Assembly (NCBI RefSeq): GCF_016433145.1
Contig: NC_058131.1
Span: 138,045,794 to 138,109,793 of the forward strand
Direction of reading: 5' to 3'
DNA length: 64,000 nucleotides
DNA from: Gracilinanus agilis
Lineage: Eukaryota
The position numbers and the translations under genes were made by a program. Below the pieces are notes generated by a model, which ran no database searches, was not told the origin of the DNA, and worked only from the letters and a program-made list of their open reading frames with translations. This document shows positions 25,707 through 38,224 of this stretch, one piece after another; the first letter of the stretch is position 1, and each line of letters opens with the position of its first letter.

Positions 25707-25882
25707 TTTAAACCCTTAACTCCTGTGTATTGTTTTATAGGTGGAAGATTGGTAAGGGCAGGCAATGGGGGTCAAGTGACTTGCCCAGGGTCACACAGCT
25801 GGGAAGTGTCTGAGGCCAGATTTGAACCTAGGACCTCCCATCTCTGCCTGGCTCTCAATCCACTGAGCTACCCAGCTGCCCC
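25707..25882 (-). mobile_element. SINE-1_MD/MdoSINE with TSD
   Basis: 17-bp TSD tagaagttaggaatttt at 25690-25706 and 25883-25899. Confidence 0.95.
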
Positions 25883-26352
25883 TAGAAGTTAGGAATTTTG
25901 ACTCCCAGTCCAGCATTCTTTCCTAGCTCTCATCCTCCATAGACAAAAATAAGACACTACCACCTCTCAATTAGCAGTCATATCCTATCCCACGAGATTA
26001 ATGGCAGCCTTGGAACTAATGCCCAGATCCTCCAACCAGCAGAGAACAGTGCTCTCTGTGAAGAGGGTAAGTGGACCCCTTATGAAAGGAGACTTGATAT
26101 TTCTAAAATAAATATTTTATTTCTTCACAGTAGTGATCTGTGGAGCCACCTAATTTTCTTAGCTGAGTCCCTTTCATGCTGCCAGAAAGCCAAGTCCCTT
26201 GTCTCCCATAAACTGGGTCATTTGTGATAGATAAGGTGTCACTTCCCCTTTAAGGCTGGGAAGCGTAGGGAGGACCAAGCCTGGCAATCAGAGATGGAAT
26301 TGACTAGGCTAGTAAATGGAGGCATCCTTGCATTTTGCATTCTCTGCCTTAC

Positions 26353-26434
26353 AATGTCTTTGATTGCCAGCACTGTCAGTTCAGGTTTAACACATTTCTA
26401 TGGAGAACATCTGTGGCACACAGCATTCTTCATC
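26353..26434 (-). pseudogene. Degenerate exon
   Basis: ccttgtctgttcttgccag|GATGAAG...GACATT|gtaagg. 82 nt, MKNAVCHRCSP*KCVKPELTVLAIKDI. The phase-2 start matches the phase-2 end of 28348-28818. Confidence 0.55.
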
Positions 26435-27559
26435 CTGGCAAGAACAGACAAGGCAGGACTGATTTCCATCCCCCCACCCCCACCCCACCCCAGCACAGGA
26501 TACAGTCTGGCATGTACAGTAGCTCTTATAAATGCATTCTGAGCTTAGACAGTTTCTTAGTGTTGACAGCCAGCAGCTTTCATCTTGCTGGGCTTCTTTC
26601 AGCTTTGATCCTCTCACTCACTCCACTTTTCTGTCTCTGTGCCCCTTCTGACACCTGGCAGAGCACATAGGGACTGTATTGGGGAGTTCTTCCCCCCTTC
26701 TCTCTCTTGGGTACAAGCTTTTAGTGCTTTTCCTCCCCTCTCCAACTTAGCACAGTACCCGGCACATAGTAGTACTTGATAGATATTTATCAATATAGTA
26801 GGTACTTAAAAAAGCCCAATAAAATGACTAACCTCATGCACCTTACCCCACTCTACATGTCCTTTTACTGCCATCTTTTCTCATCCCAATACTGTCCAGC
26901 AGCCCCAGAGAGGAAAGTGTCTCATAAAATGAATTCACAGTGAAGTTTAGTGACTTTATACATTCACTCTCCCTTAGCATGAGAGTAGGCAATGCCTTCC
27001 TCAAAAGAGTAGGCTCCTAAGGGAGATATGAAATCATAATTAATATCTTATCTTTAGAATTCCAAGTCAGCATGCCAGACTACTAGGAAAGTTGTCCGAT
27101 AGCAAAAAGTTGCTTCGCAGTGAGCTTTTGTAACTTAGCATCTACTTTGTCTATATGTAAGGCTAACTGAGTATTTTATATGTTATTATATATTATATTA
27201 ATATTAAAAGAATATTGGGAAGCATAATTTAAAAATTAAGAATTAAGAGCCAGACAATCCAAGTCCAAATCCCAGCTTTATTACTTACTATTTGTATGAC
27301 CATATGTAGCTCATTTAATTTTGCGTGGGTCTCCATTTTCTCATCTACAAAACTGTTTGGGTTAGACTAGATTGTCTTTAAGGTGTTTACAAATTCCAAA
27401 ATTATATGAGGCTTCTGGAAAGATCTCTCCAAGAAAATCTGAAAGAATGTTTTATAGGACCAAAAACATTAAGTGATAATACAGAATATTCTGATGTGTT
27501 ATGAACAATTTTCTGAATACCCATTTTCAATTCAATTCAAAAAAATCTTTATTAAGTTT

Positions 27560-27705
27560 CTCTTCTTCAAACTAAGGCAGAAGAGTGATAAGAGCTAGGT
27601 AATTAGGGTTAAGTGACTTGCCCAGAATCATACATATTTGAACCCAGGACCTTTCATCTCTAAGCCTGGCTCTCAATCCAGTGAGCCACCTAATTTCCCC
27701 CTATT
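27560..27705 (-). mobile_element. SINE-1_MD-type SINE, internally deleted
   Basis: cttcaaactaaggcagaagagtgataagagctagg...agtgagccacctaatttcccc. Confidence 0.8.
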
Positions 27706-28347
27706 AAGTTACTACATTGTGTAAGTTAGTTGCTGGGCTCCGGGGACACAAAAACAAAATTGTAAAATAGTCCATTTCCTTACATACCTTTTATTCTACT
27801 AAGAATATTATTCTAAGAAGATATAATACTTACATAGATAAATAAGGGCTTTCAGGATGGAAAGAGCACTAGAAAGTAAAGAAATTAGGAAAAATTTTCC
27901 AAAGAAAATACCATCAGAGTGAAATCTTGAAGGCAGCTAAGTTTTCTTAGTAGATGGAGATAAGGATGGTGCTCATTCCGGGGATGGGGAGCTTATAATG
28001 AAATCATTACAATCTTCTGCACATATTTTCCCTCGCTGTGTAAAGGGACTATGGGCAAAGAGAAGATATGGTATAATAAAAGAGGAGACCCTATCCTTGT
28101 CCTAGAGAAATAACAATCTCATTCTCTTTTCCCATTTTTGTTGACCCTATTTTTACTGTTTGAACTTCTTTGAACCAGTAACAGGGTTATCCCTATTTAA
28201 AAAAAAGTATTTCAGAAGTATCTCATCCCTGACACCACTTATCTTGGTCTATTATTTTGCAAAGGACTTTAGAAAATGGGGTTGTTTTGACACTGAATAT
28301 AAAACACAGCTAGAAAAAACAAAATGGTAGGAGCAGTCAATGCTTAC

Positions 28348-28818
28348 ATGTGAAGCTGAAAATAATCATCCTTTAGCTTTTTATAATGGGCTGGCTCAGA
28401 GTCAGTCCATGTGGGGCCCAATCCTCCTACCTTCTGTATCCTTTAGGACAATTGTTGTTGTCCCTCATGAATCCAGGCTTATTTTCATTAGAGTCAAAAG
28501 GGCACTGCTACTTCATGAAGCCAAATATTTGCCTGTGATAATGAAGCATTGGCACCTCTCTATTTCTAATCATTTGGAAGAGCTTTAATGGACTTAAAAG
28601 CTCAGATGCTATATGTTTGAAGAGAAAAGGTGCTAACCTCTTATGCTTAGACTCTACCAACAAATATGTCATTAACACCCTACTTGCATTAGAAACCTTT
28701 CTCTTAAGAACTGATACTTTGGGAGAAAGAATAACCAATATGGACACCTGTTTGGCACCAAATAACCTTTCCTACACTGCTGTGCCCTGTGATTTTTCTC
28801 TTCTTTGTCAGGCAGAGC
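28348..28818 (-). pseudogene. Degenerate large exon
   Basis: ggctgtag|GCTCTG...CTTCACAT|gtaagc. 471 nt. Protein-like pieces in shifting frames: ALPDKEEKNHRAQQCRKGYLVPNRCPYWLFFLPKYQFLRERF...GGLGPTWTDSEPAHYKKLKDDYFQLH. Confidence 0.45.
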
Positions 28819-29025
28819 CTACAGCCATGGGTAGTGTTGAGACAAGGAATGAATTGATTTGGATCTTTTACTTAATATCTTGATTCCTCCCAATCCCATA
28901 ATGGTAAACTTTAGTTGCTTACATAAATCCAGAAAGAATGTACTGCAATCTAGTTAAGGTTCCAAACCTCTACTTATTTTTTTTTTGCTCTCCCTCCATC
29001 AGCACTAAAGGACAGAATCCTATGA

Positions 29026-29255
29026 CCTTGTTGGCGAAGCTGTGGCACACTTGCACAGCTGGCACTTGGGGAGCTGCTCCATCCCCTTCTTCCCAGTGCC
29101 CAAGGACATTTTTTGCATGCTTCACTGGGCTGTCCAACCACTCCAAAGGAAGCACTTTTTCCCTCAACTCTCTCTGGTAATGGGGGAGGAGGGCTCACAG
29201 ACAGCTTGAATTTGTCCTCTGGGCACTTGGACTGTGAAAAGGTTCACCAACCCTG
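29026..29255 (-). mobile_element. hAT MITE (CAGTGATGGCGAACCT-like TIR family)
   Basis: The right end gggcacttggactgtgaaaaggttcaccaaccctg is the reverse complement of the start of the 44265 element. Degenerate 8-bp TSD tcctatga/ccctataa. Confidence 0.75.
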
Positions 29256-29479
29256 CCCTATAAATTGGCAGAAATTCTGATTCATTGACTACCACCCCCT
29301 CAGGTCTATTATGTGATGGACATTTTTGAGTTAGACTACATTCGTGACAATAAGGAACCATGAGACGACTCTTTTGTAGATGGCCTCTACTATACTCTTC
29401 TGTATTATTCTCTTGGAATTTACTTTGGAATATTGGAAGGAAGAGTCATTGGAGAAAAAAACTGGTATATCTATCTGTC

Positions 29480-29652
29480 TGTCTCTCTATCTGCCTGTTA
29501 TATGTACATTTGTGCATTTATAGAACTGATATATATGAATCTGTGTATATATATATATCTCATATATATGTTTATATATATGTATTTCTATTATATGCCT
29601 ATACCTATGTATGTGCATGTATGTATACATACATATGTGTATGTGTGTGTAC
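29480..29652. repeat. (TA)n/(TATG)n/(TG)n low-complexity tract
   Basis: Directly visible in the sequence. Confidence 0.85.
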
Positions 29653-29745
29653 TAAACCACCGTGTCAGAATTGGGCTCTCCCTTATCATCATGAAAGGCA
29701 GTTAAGCAAAAATAGACTGATCTCTTGCTCATTTTTAAATCTCAC

Positions 29746-30616
29746 CTTCAGCTAGATTTCCATATCTCTTTCTTAGCCTTGCTCTACTTTTGTGAACCAG
29801 TAGGTATGAAGTTAAAAGCCAAGCAGTGCACTGGGGTAGCCTTTGGCAAAGCCCCTTCTGGAAGTGTGGAGGCTGACTGCATTCAAGCCAAAGCACCCTG
29901 CCCACGCTGGTGCCTTCCTGATCCCTTTACTCCACTGTCTTCCCTCCTTTGCAAATCTCCTCATTTCCCTTTCTGTCTGGATTTGGAGACATCTGTGATT
30001 CCTCTGAAAGAGTTCCTTTTTAAAAAGCAGAAAGCAGCTTTCAAAAGGTGCAATGAAACAGGACCTCAGGCATCAAGGGGAGCTGCTCCAAAGAGTGTAA
30101 TACTTCTAGTATGAGCTGCAGGATTATCCTGCTGTAGAATGGTGGGAGCTGGCTTTTCAGTCCAGCTTGTTCTATTCTATTTAAGTAGTCATTGGAACCA
30201 TGTGGTGTTTTTCCTTTGGACCTTTAATTGCCATTGCATGGAACATAAAAATAACCCCAGATACTTTGCATTCATATTCTCAGTGGGAACACTTGATTAT
30301 ACATCTCTTTATAAATCCTATCCACAAAGACCAGGGTCCTTTGCTCTGTAAGCTCTTTTTCTCTCTCTAGTGGCTGTCATTTGAATGTAAGGATGCCAGC
30401 TCTTTCCTTGGTGATGCTCCAGGTATAAATGCACTGCTTATATAACTGGCCTACCTCTTCTATTCTGACAAGATGTATACTGGGTCATTGTAGAAAGTTG
30501 CCTCATCATCACCTCTTCCTTTGGTTTGGCGCTATGGTAGGTTTCCTTCTTATCAGAGCAGGTGCCTTATAGGCACTCACTACCCAGGTGCTCACAAGTC
30601 CCTTTTAAGTCTGGGT
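29746..30616 (-). pseudogene. Degenerate exon(s): 162-nt exon 30455-30616 plus a long downstream frame, or one large exon
   Basis: atttcag|ACCCAGAC. Donors at AGAAGAG|gtaggc (30455) and CTGAAG|gtgaga (29746). Translations: PDLKGTCEHLGSECL*GTCSDKKETYHSAKPKEE..., LEREKELTEQRTLVFVDRIYKEMYNQVFPLRI*, YLNRIEQAGLKSQLPPFYSRIILQLILEVLHSLEQLPLMPEVLF. Confidence 0.5.
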
Positions 30617-31821
30617 CTGAAATGACAGCAATTGGAATCCTTCCTAAATAGGTTTTATCTTATTAAGTATTCATCCTATTAAGCTGCAATGTTTATTCTC
30701 TGCCACTCAGTTCTCTCTCCCACTTTGCCAATATTTACTTTTTGCACAGGTCCTCTTTCACTTTTTAGTGTTTACCTCATTGAAGTATTTGCCTTTCTTT
30801 CTGAAGTTGGGACCATTGTGGCATAGTGAATAGACTGCTGGGTATAGAGACTGGAAGACCTGTGTTCAAATCCCACTTTTGACAATTACTCCTTTCGTCA
30901 CTCAAAGGAAGTCTCTTTACTTTGTAGAGCATCAGGAATTTCCCTGGGATTTAATCTGTTTTGTAATCAATGAGTTGTGATATGTGTTGGTTGAGGTTCT
31001 TTCTATACTGAGTTCTCTATATCAACGAAATCCCAGATCTCTCATGAAATAACATAATTCTTGTCCCCTCTGTCCTCTTTTGATTTTTTCTCCTTCATCT
31101 TAAAGTCTTTTAATGAAACCTGTTGGTCAAAGTTGACCTACATTTAATGCTCTGATTCTGAAATAGCCATTGAGCTTTATGAATGGAATCAGGGTCAGAA
31201 GGTCCTAAGATGTAGAGCTGGAAGAGACCTCTAAAATAATCCCTTAATTTACAAATGAGGAACCTGAAACTCAGGTGACAGTGATGTAGCTAAGATTTCA
31301 ACTTATGTGGTCTGCCTCCAAACCTAACACTCTTTCCAATCTGTGAAACTGTGGCCTCTACTCAAGTGGCCCACTAGCAGCTTAGACTACTTTGTGACAG
31401 ACACATGTTTCTACAGTAGGATATTACGACTTTTAAAATAAAGAGGCTTTTTTTTCTTTTTTACTCTCCCATCATCACCATTGCCCCTGCCTTTCTTCAT
31501 CGTGTAAGCAGGATATAACCTGGATGAGGTGGGGTTGGAGGAAGAGGTTGTATTTCATAGATAAGGCCAAAGAAAGTAAATTTTTGTCTTCCATCACTCT
31601 GAAAAAGGTTATCAAAAAAGGATAATCCAATGATAGCAATAAACATCAATACTCTACTCAAAAGAATCATGATAAGTAGGGTCCAATTGTTTACCCACCC
31701 TCAAATCAGGTGGCTCTATCCTCTATGAAATTTCCCACCATCTTTCTCCCAGATGCAACCTCTAAAATGTTTAATTCCTTCTGACATTGTAATAAAATAC
31801 ATTTTCCTGATGTCTCCTTAC

Positions 31822-31929
31822 TTTGTGTTATCTAAGTAATGGCATATCCTTCTGAGAGATTTCTCCTTGAGAGAAGTTTTCCCATTTTTACCTTTTTGTC
31901 CTCAACACTTATCTTGCATATGATAGTTT
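31822..31929 (-). pseudogene. Degenerate symmetric exon
   Basis: tattttaaaag|AAACTATC...ACACAAA|gtaagg. 108 nt, ETIICKISVEDKKVKMGKLLSRRNLSEGYAIT*ITQ. Confidence 0.5.
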
Positions 31930-32320
31930 CTTTTAAAATATTCATAGAATTGAATTTTTGTGGAATAATAGCTGCCCAGATTACTGTGAAGTATGTGTAC
32001 ATGATACCCTAAGGTATGGAGAGACTGACTCTCCAATTAAACATATAGTTGAGAAATGTTAATTTTAGAAAGAGGAAAACAAAAAAGAAAACCTTGATTG
32101 AACATCCACTTGTCACCAATGTGTACATAACTGAGTATAAGTGTTTCTTCAGTGAGAGACTCCCCACAAGTCTTATTTTTGCCTATTGTTCTCAACTGCT
32201 TGAATGTGCAGAGAATAGAGAGATTTTTTTCTCTTTTTCAACTCCATCATCCATGCCATTTTTCAGCCAAGGCAAGTCAAGACAAAGTAGCTAACATTTT
32301 TTTAATCTTTTTTCTGTCAC

Positions 32321-32514
32321 CTTTCCCATGCAAAATGGAGAGCAAAATCTCGAATTTCCTTTTCTGAATGCTACTGCTCTCCAAAACCTGGCTTTTTCTT
32401 TTGTAGCTTCTACCAGTTACTAGTACTATCCATCTCCTTTCATATTAAAGATCTTGGATTTCCTCCATGGGAAAATCCTTTCATAAGAAGATAAAAGCTC
32501 ACATATTATTATTA
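32321..32514 (-). pseudogene. Degenerate exon
   Basis: aaaacttttctcaag|TAAT...GGGAAAG|gtgaca. Fragments KDFPMEEIQDL and HSEKEIRDFALHFAWE lie in different frames. Confidence 0.4.
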
Positions 32515-32539
32515 CTTGAGAGAAAAGTTTTAGGAAGTT

Positions 32540-32800
32540 GCTTGTTTTGCATCTACGTGGTCCAGTAGAGACTGTGCTGGGCTTGCAGTCAGGAAGAATT
32601 GAGTTCAAATCTAGTGTCAGACATTTACTACTTGGGTGACTTTGGGCAAATCATTTTAACATCTGTTTGCCTCAGTTTCCTTAATTATAAAATGGGGAGG
32701 ATAATAATAGAACCTCTTTCACAGAGTTGTTTTAAAGATCTAATGAGATGATATTTATAAAGTATCAATGCCTGACAAACATTAGGCACTATATAAAGGC
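32540..32800 (+). mobile_element. MIR SINE
   Basis: gggcttgcagtcaggaagaattgagttcaaatc...cctcagtttccttaattataaaatgggg. Confidence 0.8.
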
Positions 32801-32939
32801 ATGCATGCAGTTAGCATCAGAGACAGATTTTGAACTCCAACCTTCTTAATGCGAAGTCCACCCATGTTACTTTTCACTTACGAGGGCTTTGAGGGAAGGT
32901 ATACTCAAATATAAAACTGCTAGGAATAATTCATTTTAC

Positions 32940-33219
32940 GTCATTGTTATTCCAGTCTCACATAATGTTCAAATGACCGCTGGAGAATCCATCCAGTACC
33001 AGATTCTCATTTTGATACTCTTGTTTTTGATTGGCAAGGATATTCAGTCAGGCACACTTGTTTCTGGCTCATGACTTTATCATCTTTTTAAGTTCTTCTT
33101 CATGTTGTATTATTGGATGGTGTGTGTCCAAGAATTTATACCTCTTGGCATTTCAAGCAATTCGTTCCTTTTGAATCTCCAGAGCCAACAGACTTTCAAT
33201 TTAGGAATGGGCTTTATTG
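32940..33219 (-). pseudogene. Degenerate exon (donor uncertain)
   Basis: Follows a 75-nt intron (33220-33294). NKAHS*IESLLALEIQKERIA*NAKRYKFLDTHHPIIQHEEELKKMIKS*ARNKCA*LNILANQKQEYQNENL. Confidence 0.45.
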
Positions 33220-33294
33220 CTGAATCTTTGTAGGTATTTGGTCACGAAAAACATTCAGAAAGATAGCGGGAATGGGAAAATGTAGGGAACTTAC

Positions 33295-33370
33295 TGAGAA
33301 GCCAGGTTTGTTTTTACCATCATATAGAAACATACATAGTATTGATTATTGGACTGGTTTTGCCATTTCC
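33295..33370 (-). pseudogene. Exon
   Basis: gtccaaag|GGAAATGG...CTTCTCA|gtaagt. 76 nt, phase 1 to phase 2, open: KWQNQSNNQYYVCFYMMVKTNLAS. Confidence 0.45.
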
Positions 33371-33659
33371 CTTTGGACATTTTTTTACACAAGAGAAGAT
33401 AAGTAAAATTGGTAGAGGGGTGGGGAACATCATACATGTGAACTTTCCATTCGTCTGAATGTTTAATAATATTTCACTGAAAAACTATGTCCAGGAAAGC
33501 AGGGAGATTCACTGGCCAGAGTCTAATTGTTCTACAACCTAAAGACTTTCAAACATTTACTAAAGTTGAAACCACAAAATATGTGGGAGAAATAAGATAA
33601 ATTTTCCTGAGAGAGAGATTCCCTTGGTAGCCTGCAATTTAGCATCTGGTGCCTTGTTT

Positions 33660-33920
33660 GTATTCTACTTTGGCTAGACCATATCTGGATAAATTATATT
33701 GAATTCTGGGAGCCATTTTTGGGAAAGTCATTACTAGATTGGAGAATGGCTGCCAAAGGGCAACCAGAGGGATTCGAGAACATGCCATATTAGGATCATT
33801 TGAATTTACTAAGAATGTTTAGCCTAAAGAAGAAATGGCTGTAGTCAGAGAAGTGGGTCAGGCAAGAGATATTTTCAAGTATTTGAAGAGATCTTATGGC
33901 AGAAGAATTAGACTTGTTCT
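33660..33920 (+). mobile_element. CR1/L3 3' remnant
   Basis: accatatctggat...gaatgtttagcctaaagaaga...ttcaagtatttgaagag...gaattagacttgttct. Confidence 0.65.
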
Positions 33921-34236
33921 ACTTGCTCCAGCATAAGAATCATAAAATCATAGATTTAGACCTAGAAAGTACCTTAAAAGTACCTAATTCAATTTCCTAT
34001 TTACAAATAAGTTAACAGAAGTCAAATGACTTGCCCAAAGTCTTTTGGTTTTGGTTTAAATGTCAGCTTCTTCAAGAACCTCTCTGACATTTCAGTTATG
34101 AATAATTAAAGATCCTTTTTACACAGAAAAAATTTGACTCCCTTGTAATCAACTACTTTATATGAAGAAAAGAGATATTGTTACAATGGCTCAAAATGGT
34201 TCAAATCAGATTATGTGGCAATATTCAGATTCTAAC

Positions 34237-34412
34237 TGGCAAATGTTTTCTCCATATCTTCCTTCTCTTTGTATTTTCTCTTCCCATGTACGAATGGTAT
34301 ATGCCTGTATTTTATCATAAGTTTTATTTGCCTCTTCATGGTGATACAGAAAAGCATGACAAAGTACATCACAAGGATCAGCAGAACATTAGGATATTGA
34401 AAGCATGAAAAC
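34237..34412 (-). pseudogene. Exon
   Basis: aaaaag|GTTTTCAT...TTTGCCA|gttaga. 176 nt, phase 2 to phase 1, open as FSCFQYPNVLLILVMYFVMLFCITMKRQIKLMIKYRHIPFVHGKRKYKEKEDMEKTFA. An overlapping frame gives ADPCDVLCHAFLYHHEEANKTYDKIQAYTIRTWEE. Confidence 0.5.
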
Positions 34413-35110
34413 CTTTTTTTAAAAAAGCAACTATATTGCTCAATTCGCCGAGTATCATTTTTCAGGTGTCTATTATAAGCAAGTTCAGTGCTAGGTTCTT
34501 CTGGGCATATGAAGAGATAAAATACATTGCTCCTGTCTCTTTATATAGATCCTTATGCCTGTAACTGAGGGGGAAAATATTTATTAGTGAACATTTAACA
34601 AAAGCTAAAAGATAATAGCTTTATATAGCACTTAAAAATTTGCAAAAGCATTTTGTATATAATATTTGATCTTTATACCAACCCTGGTAAGTACATTTTT
34701 TATTCCCAATTTACTGATATGAAAACCAAGACTGAGAGAATTTAAATGACTTGCCTGGGATTATATAACTATATAAGCAAATGTTACAGGCAAGATGTGA
34801 ACTTAGACTTTCCTGACTCGAAGTTCAGCCCTCTATCCAATGTGCCACCTACCTTTCTACTGTCAAAGATGAAAGCCAAACGGATGGTAAACAAATTAAG
34901 TAAGTATGAGAAAAGTTCAGAGGAGTTTCTCTCCTAGGCTAGAGTGGTCAAGGAAGTCTTCCTAGAAATTTCCACTTGAAATTGAGTCTTGAAAGATGAG
35001 ATTCATTTATTTTCTGGATTAGAGGAAAGATGGTATACCACAATTAGAGAAGCCATAAAAGCAAATGACTAGAGTGAGGAAAGTATAAGGTATATTTGGG
35101 AGAAGCCATT

Positions 35111-35158
35111 CAGATAAGATAAAATAAGATAAGATAAGATGAGATGAGATAAGATCAG
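35111..35158. repeat. (GATAA/GATGA)n pentanucleotide repeat
   Basis: cagataagataaaataagataagataagatgagatgagataagatc. Confidence 0.85.
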
Positions 35159-36213
35159 AGCAGCAATTAGAGTACTGGTGCATCAAGGCTTCAAAAGAAG
35201 TATCAGTATCCTTGTTCAACAAAAGTTAAATTTCATCTCCTCTAAGAAACCTTCCCTCGTGAATACTATTCCTTGACTAGACTTATAGGGAACTTCATTT
35301 ATGCCAATTGTACCTTCAGATCACAGATTTAAAGCCAAAAGAGAATATAAAGGTTAACCCCCTCATTTTATAGATGAGAAAACAGAATCAGAGAAGTTTG
35401 AGTGGAAGTAACAAAAAGTAACCTATTAAAGGTTTTATTACAAAGCTGGAAAAATCTTCCAAACAAGCAAACCCTTTTTTTAAAAAAAAATGGAATAGGG
35501 CACCTACTCCTGAGGAGTTGGATACCTCTCACTTTAGGACTTCAAGGAAAGGATAGATGATCACTTTTTGTGGAGATCATAAAGGAGATTTCTGAGTAAG
35601 GTAGAGTTGAACAAGACAGCTCTGAAGTCCTATATATGTCCCAGTCTCGATAATTCCATTATCTTACCCAAGATATGCTGCTAGTTCCAAACAAGCATTT
35701 GGGAAGAAGTCTGCAGCTTCATTTCTGGAACTGAGTAACATGATCCAGTTAGCATTCAACTTCCATGCTGACAGCTAATTTATTGTCTAATTGTAGGGTT
35801 GTTGGGGAGGTGTGTGCATTTTCCTCCCCAAGCCTCTACTGACTGCAAAAGGTAATTACTGAAACAGCTCAACTCCCCTCATAATATGGAAGCCACGCAT
35901 TTTCTTGAAATGACTTAACCCCTGCTGTCTGCTGAGATGTCCCTGAAGAGAGCAGGCAGAGAGAGGCCCACATTATAGAGTGGAATATTCCTTTTCATCT
36001 CAGCTTTATGAAGCAATGTTAATTACCTCCTTGCAAGAGCTAAAATTCTGCAAATGCAGGTAGACAGGAAGACAGGATATTGGAAGACGCAGCCATTTAA
36101 AACACTCTGGAAAAAGGGGCTCCATGGTGTTATTCAAGTCTCTTGTCTATTTTGAAAACGGCAGTGAAGCTTCAAGATAGTTTTTGGTGGATTATGGATT
36201 TGCATTGACCCAC

Positions 36214-36293
36214 CTGGTACTTGTAGAAAAAAGGGTCCCTTTCTCACTGAAAATCTCCTCTTCAGCACCTTCTTCGAGTTCCACCTGAGCAAT
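36214..36293 (-). pseudogene. Best-preserved exon of the - strand gene
   Basis: tgttttttttttttaaag|ATTGCTCAG...AGTACCAG|gtgggt. 80 nt, open: IAQVELEEGAEEEIFSEKGTLFSTST. Confidence 0.65.
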
Positions 36294-38224
36294 CTTTAAA
36301 AAAAAAAACATACAGTGAATAACCATACAAAGTTTCACTGGAGGAAGAACAAAACACAAAGGATTATGAAGTTTTGAATCAAGTTATCCTAAACTCTGCT
36401 CCTGGCACTCTGAGGAAGGAGAAATAGTCTTGCCCCCTACAAACTCCTCTGATTCTTAGTGCCATTTCCCTCTGGCAATAAAATTGATTTCCAAAATGCA
36501 ATTACATTTACAGAGTCTTCTTTCTCCCATGTTCAAAACTTGGCACTGCCACTGGCCACTTCTGTAATCTTGGGAATATCATTTCACATCTCTCTCCTTT
36601 ACTTTTCACCTATGTAAAATGAGGGAATTGGCTTATGTGATCTCTGAGGTCCTTTTGAGGTCTGAATCTAGACTATTAAGAGCTTGTGAATGAAAGTGAT
36701 GTATAAGAAAGAGCATTTTTTCTGTAGTCAAGCTGAGTCCAAATCTGAGCTCTCTGGACAAGCCTCGACAAATCACAACCTTCATGGCCAGGTCTTAGAT
36801 TCCACATCTGTAAAATGAGGGAATTGAGTTAAATGATAACTAAGGACCCTTCTAGTTTAAAAAAATCTATAATGTATTAGGTTGACTTTCAAAGCTCTCA
36901 TTTCTCCTCTCTGCCACCACCTCCAAATAAAAGGACAGATAGACTTCCTTCCATCCCTCTCTCCCATTCAGTGCCCATTTAGATTTTAAATCTTTTTTGG
37001 AGGTGTTGGTATTATCAACTAGTTTTATGGTTTTTCAAGGCATTTACTTACCCTCTGGAAAGATCAGGAGTGAATGGTCAAGTAGATCAGAAAATGACTA
37101 TTTCTAAGACTCTTAGAATTACAGGGCTATAGGGGAAGTTCAGGGGTAAAATGATGGCTTTACATAATCTGCCTTTCAAAGTATTCAGAGTGATTCATCA
37201 AGTTATCTTTTTCAGCAGACACATTTTCAGTTTACTGATGGAGGGAATGATATAAACAAAGAAGGAACTATGAAGTCTTGTTCCTAAGGAAAAATCAGTT
37301 GGTTGATCATGGGAGTTGGGGCTGGGGGTTCAAGATAGTTTGATTTTGAGTGCAGAAACATTTGGGAAAGGGGACAGTCTATCCCTCAGAATGTCTAATC
37401 CTTAGACCTGTGGGAATTACAAAAAAGAGTCATCTTTAGGAGAGAAATACTGTTGTGATAGGGCCCTGGGACATGGCTGCCTGAAGGTAGTAGTTCTTCA
37501 TGGCAGACCAGGCTAGTGGAAGATTAGGCAATAAGGTATAGAAATGGCAGACATCAGAGAGGATGTCTGTTCTCTTGGAGAGGACGTATACCATCATAGC
37601 TCTATTCACTTCAAGCTAGATACAGTTTTGACAATGCAATTATGACTTGGCTACAGTGAATTAGTGGTAATAGTAGACTGAATCCCTAATCTTGCAATTC
37701 TAAATCACCAGTACATGCTATTTTCAGCAGAGAAAATGATCAGTCATTCAAATAAATATATAAATCCTCTCTAATTGGCCAGTACTTTGGAAAGTGCTAT
37801 GGGGTAAGAGTGATGGATAGAGAAATTCTTTTGAAGGTACACAAAATTAAAAAGCTAGTGTAGTCATAGATTACATTAAGAGAAATAGAGTAATCTGGAA
37901 TTAGGGAAGTGAGGGGCCCTCTTTACTCTTCCCTGGTACTTTTGGAGAATTGTGGTCAACTCAGGGTAACACATTTTAGGCAGGTTTGTTGAGAAAATCA
38001 AATAAGATAATAGTTGTAAAGCACTTATGGTGGTGATTGGTACTTAGGCATTTAATAAATGCTTGTTTTTATTTCCTTCCTTTTCAAGTATTTGCAAAGT
38101 TGTCATGAAGAAGTAACATTTGATTTTTTTCTAGTTTTTCCCAGAAGGCAAACAGAACTAGGGATAAGGAGTGGAAATTGCAGAGACAAATTTAGGCTCA
38201 TTATAAAGAAGAACTTTGTAATAA

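Noticed and set aside
29360-29755. 131-aa and 90-aa ORFs
   Set aside because: They run through a TA/TG microsatellite (YIYI/CVCV low complexity).
32940-33219. TGA-only interrupted frame suggesting genetic code 4 (mitochondrial or Mycoplasma insert) or selenocysteine recoding
   Set aside because: TAA and TAG stops also occur in the linked exons, the segments have spliceosomal boundaries, and there is no mitochondrial or bacterial protein resemblance or evident SECIS. CpG decay explains the pattern more simply.
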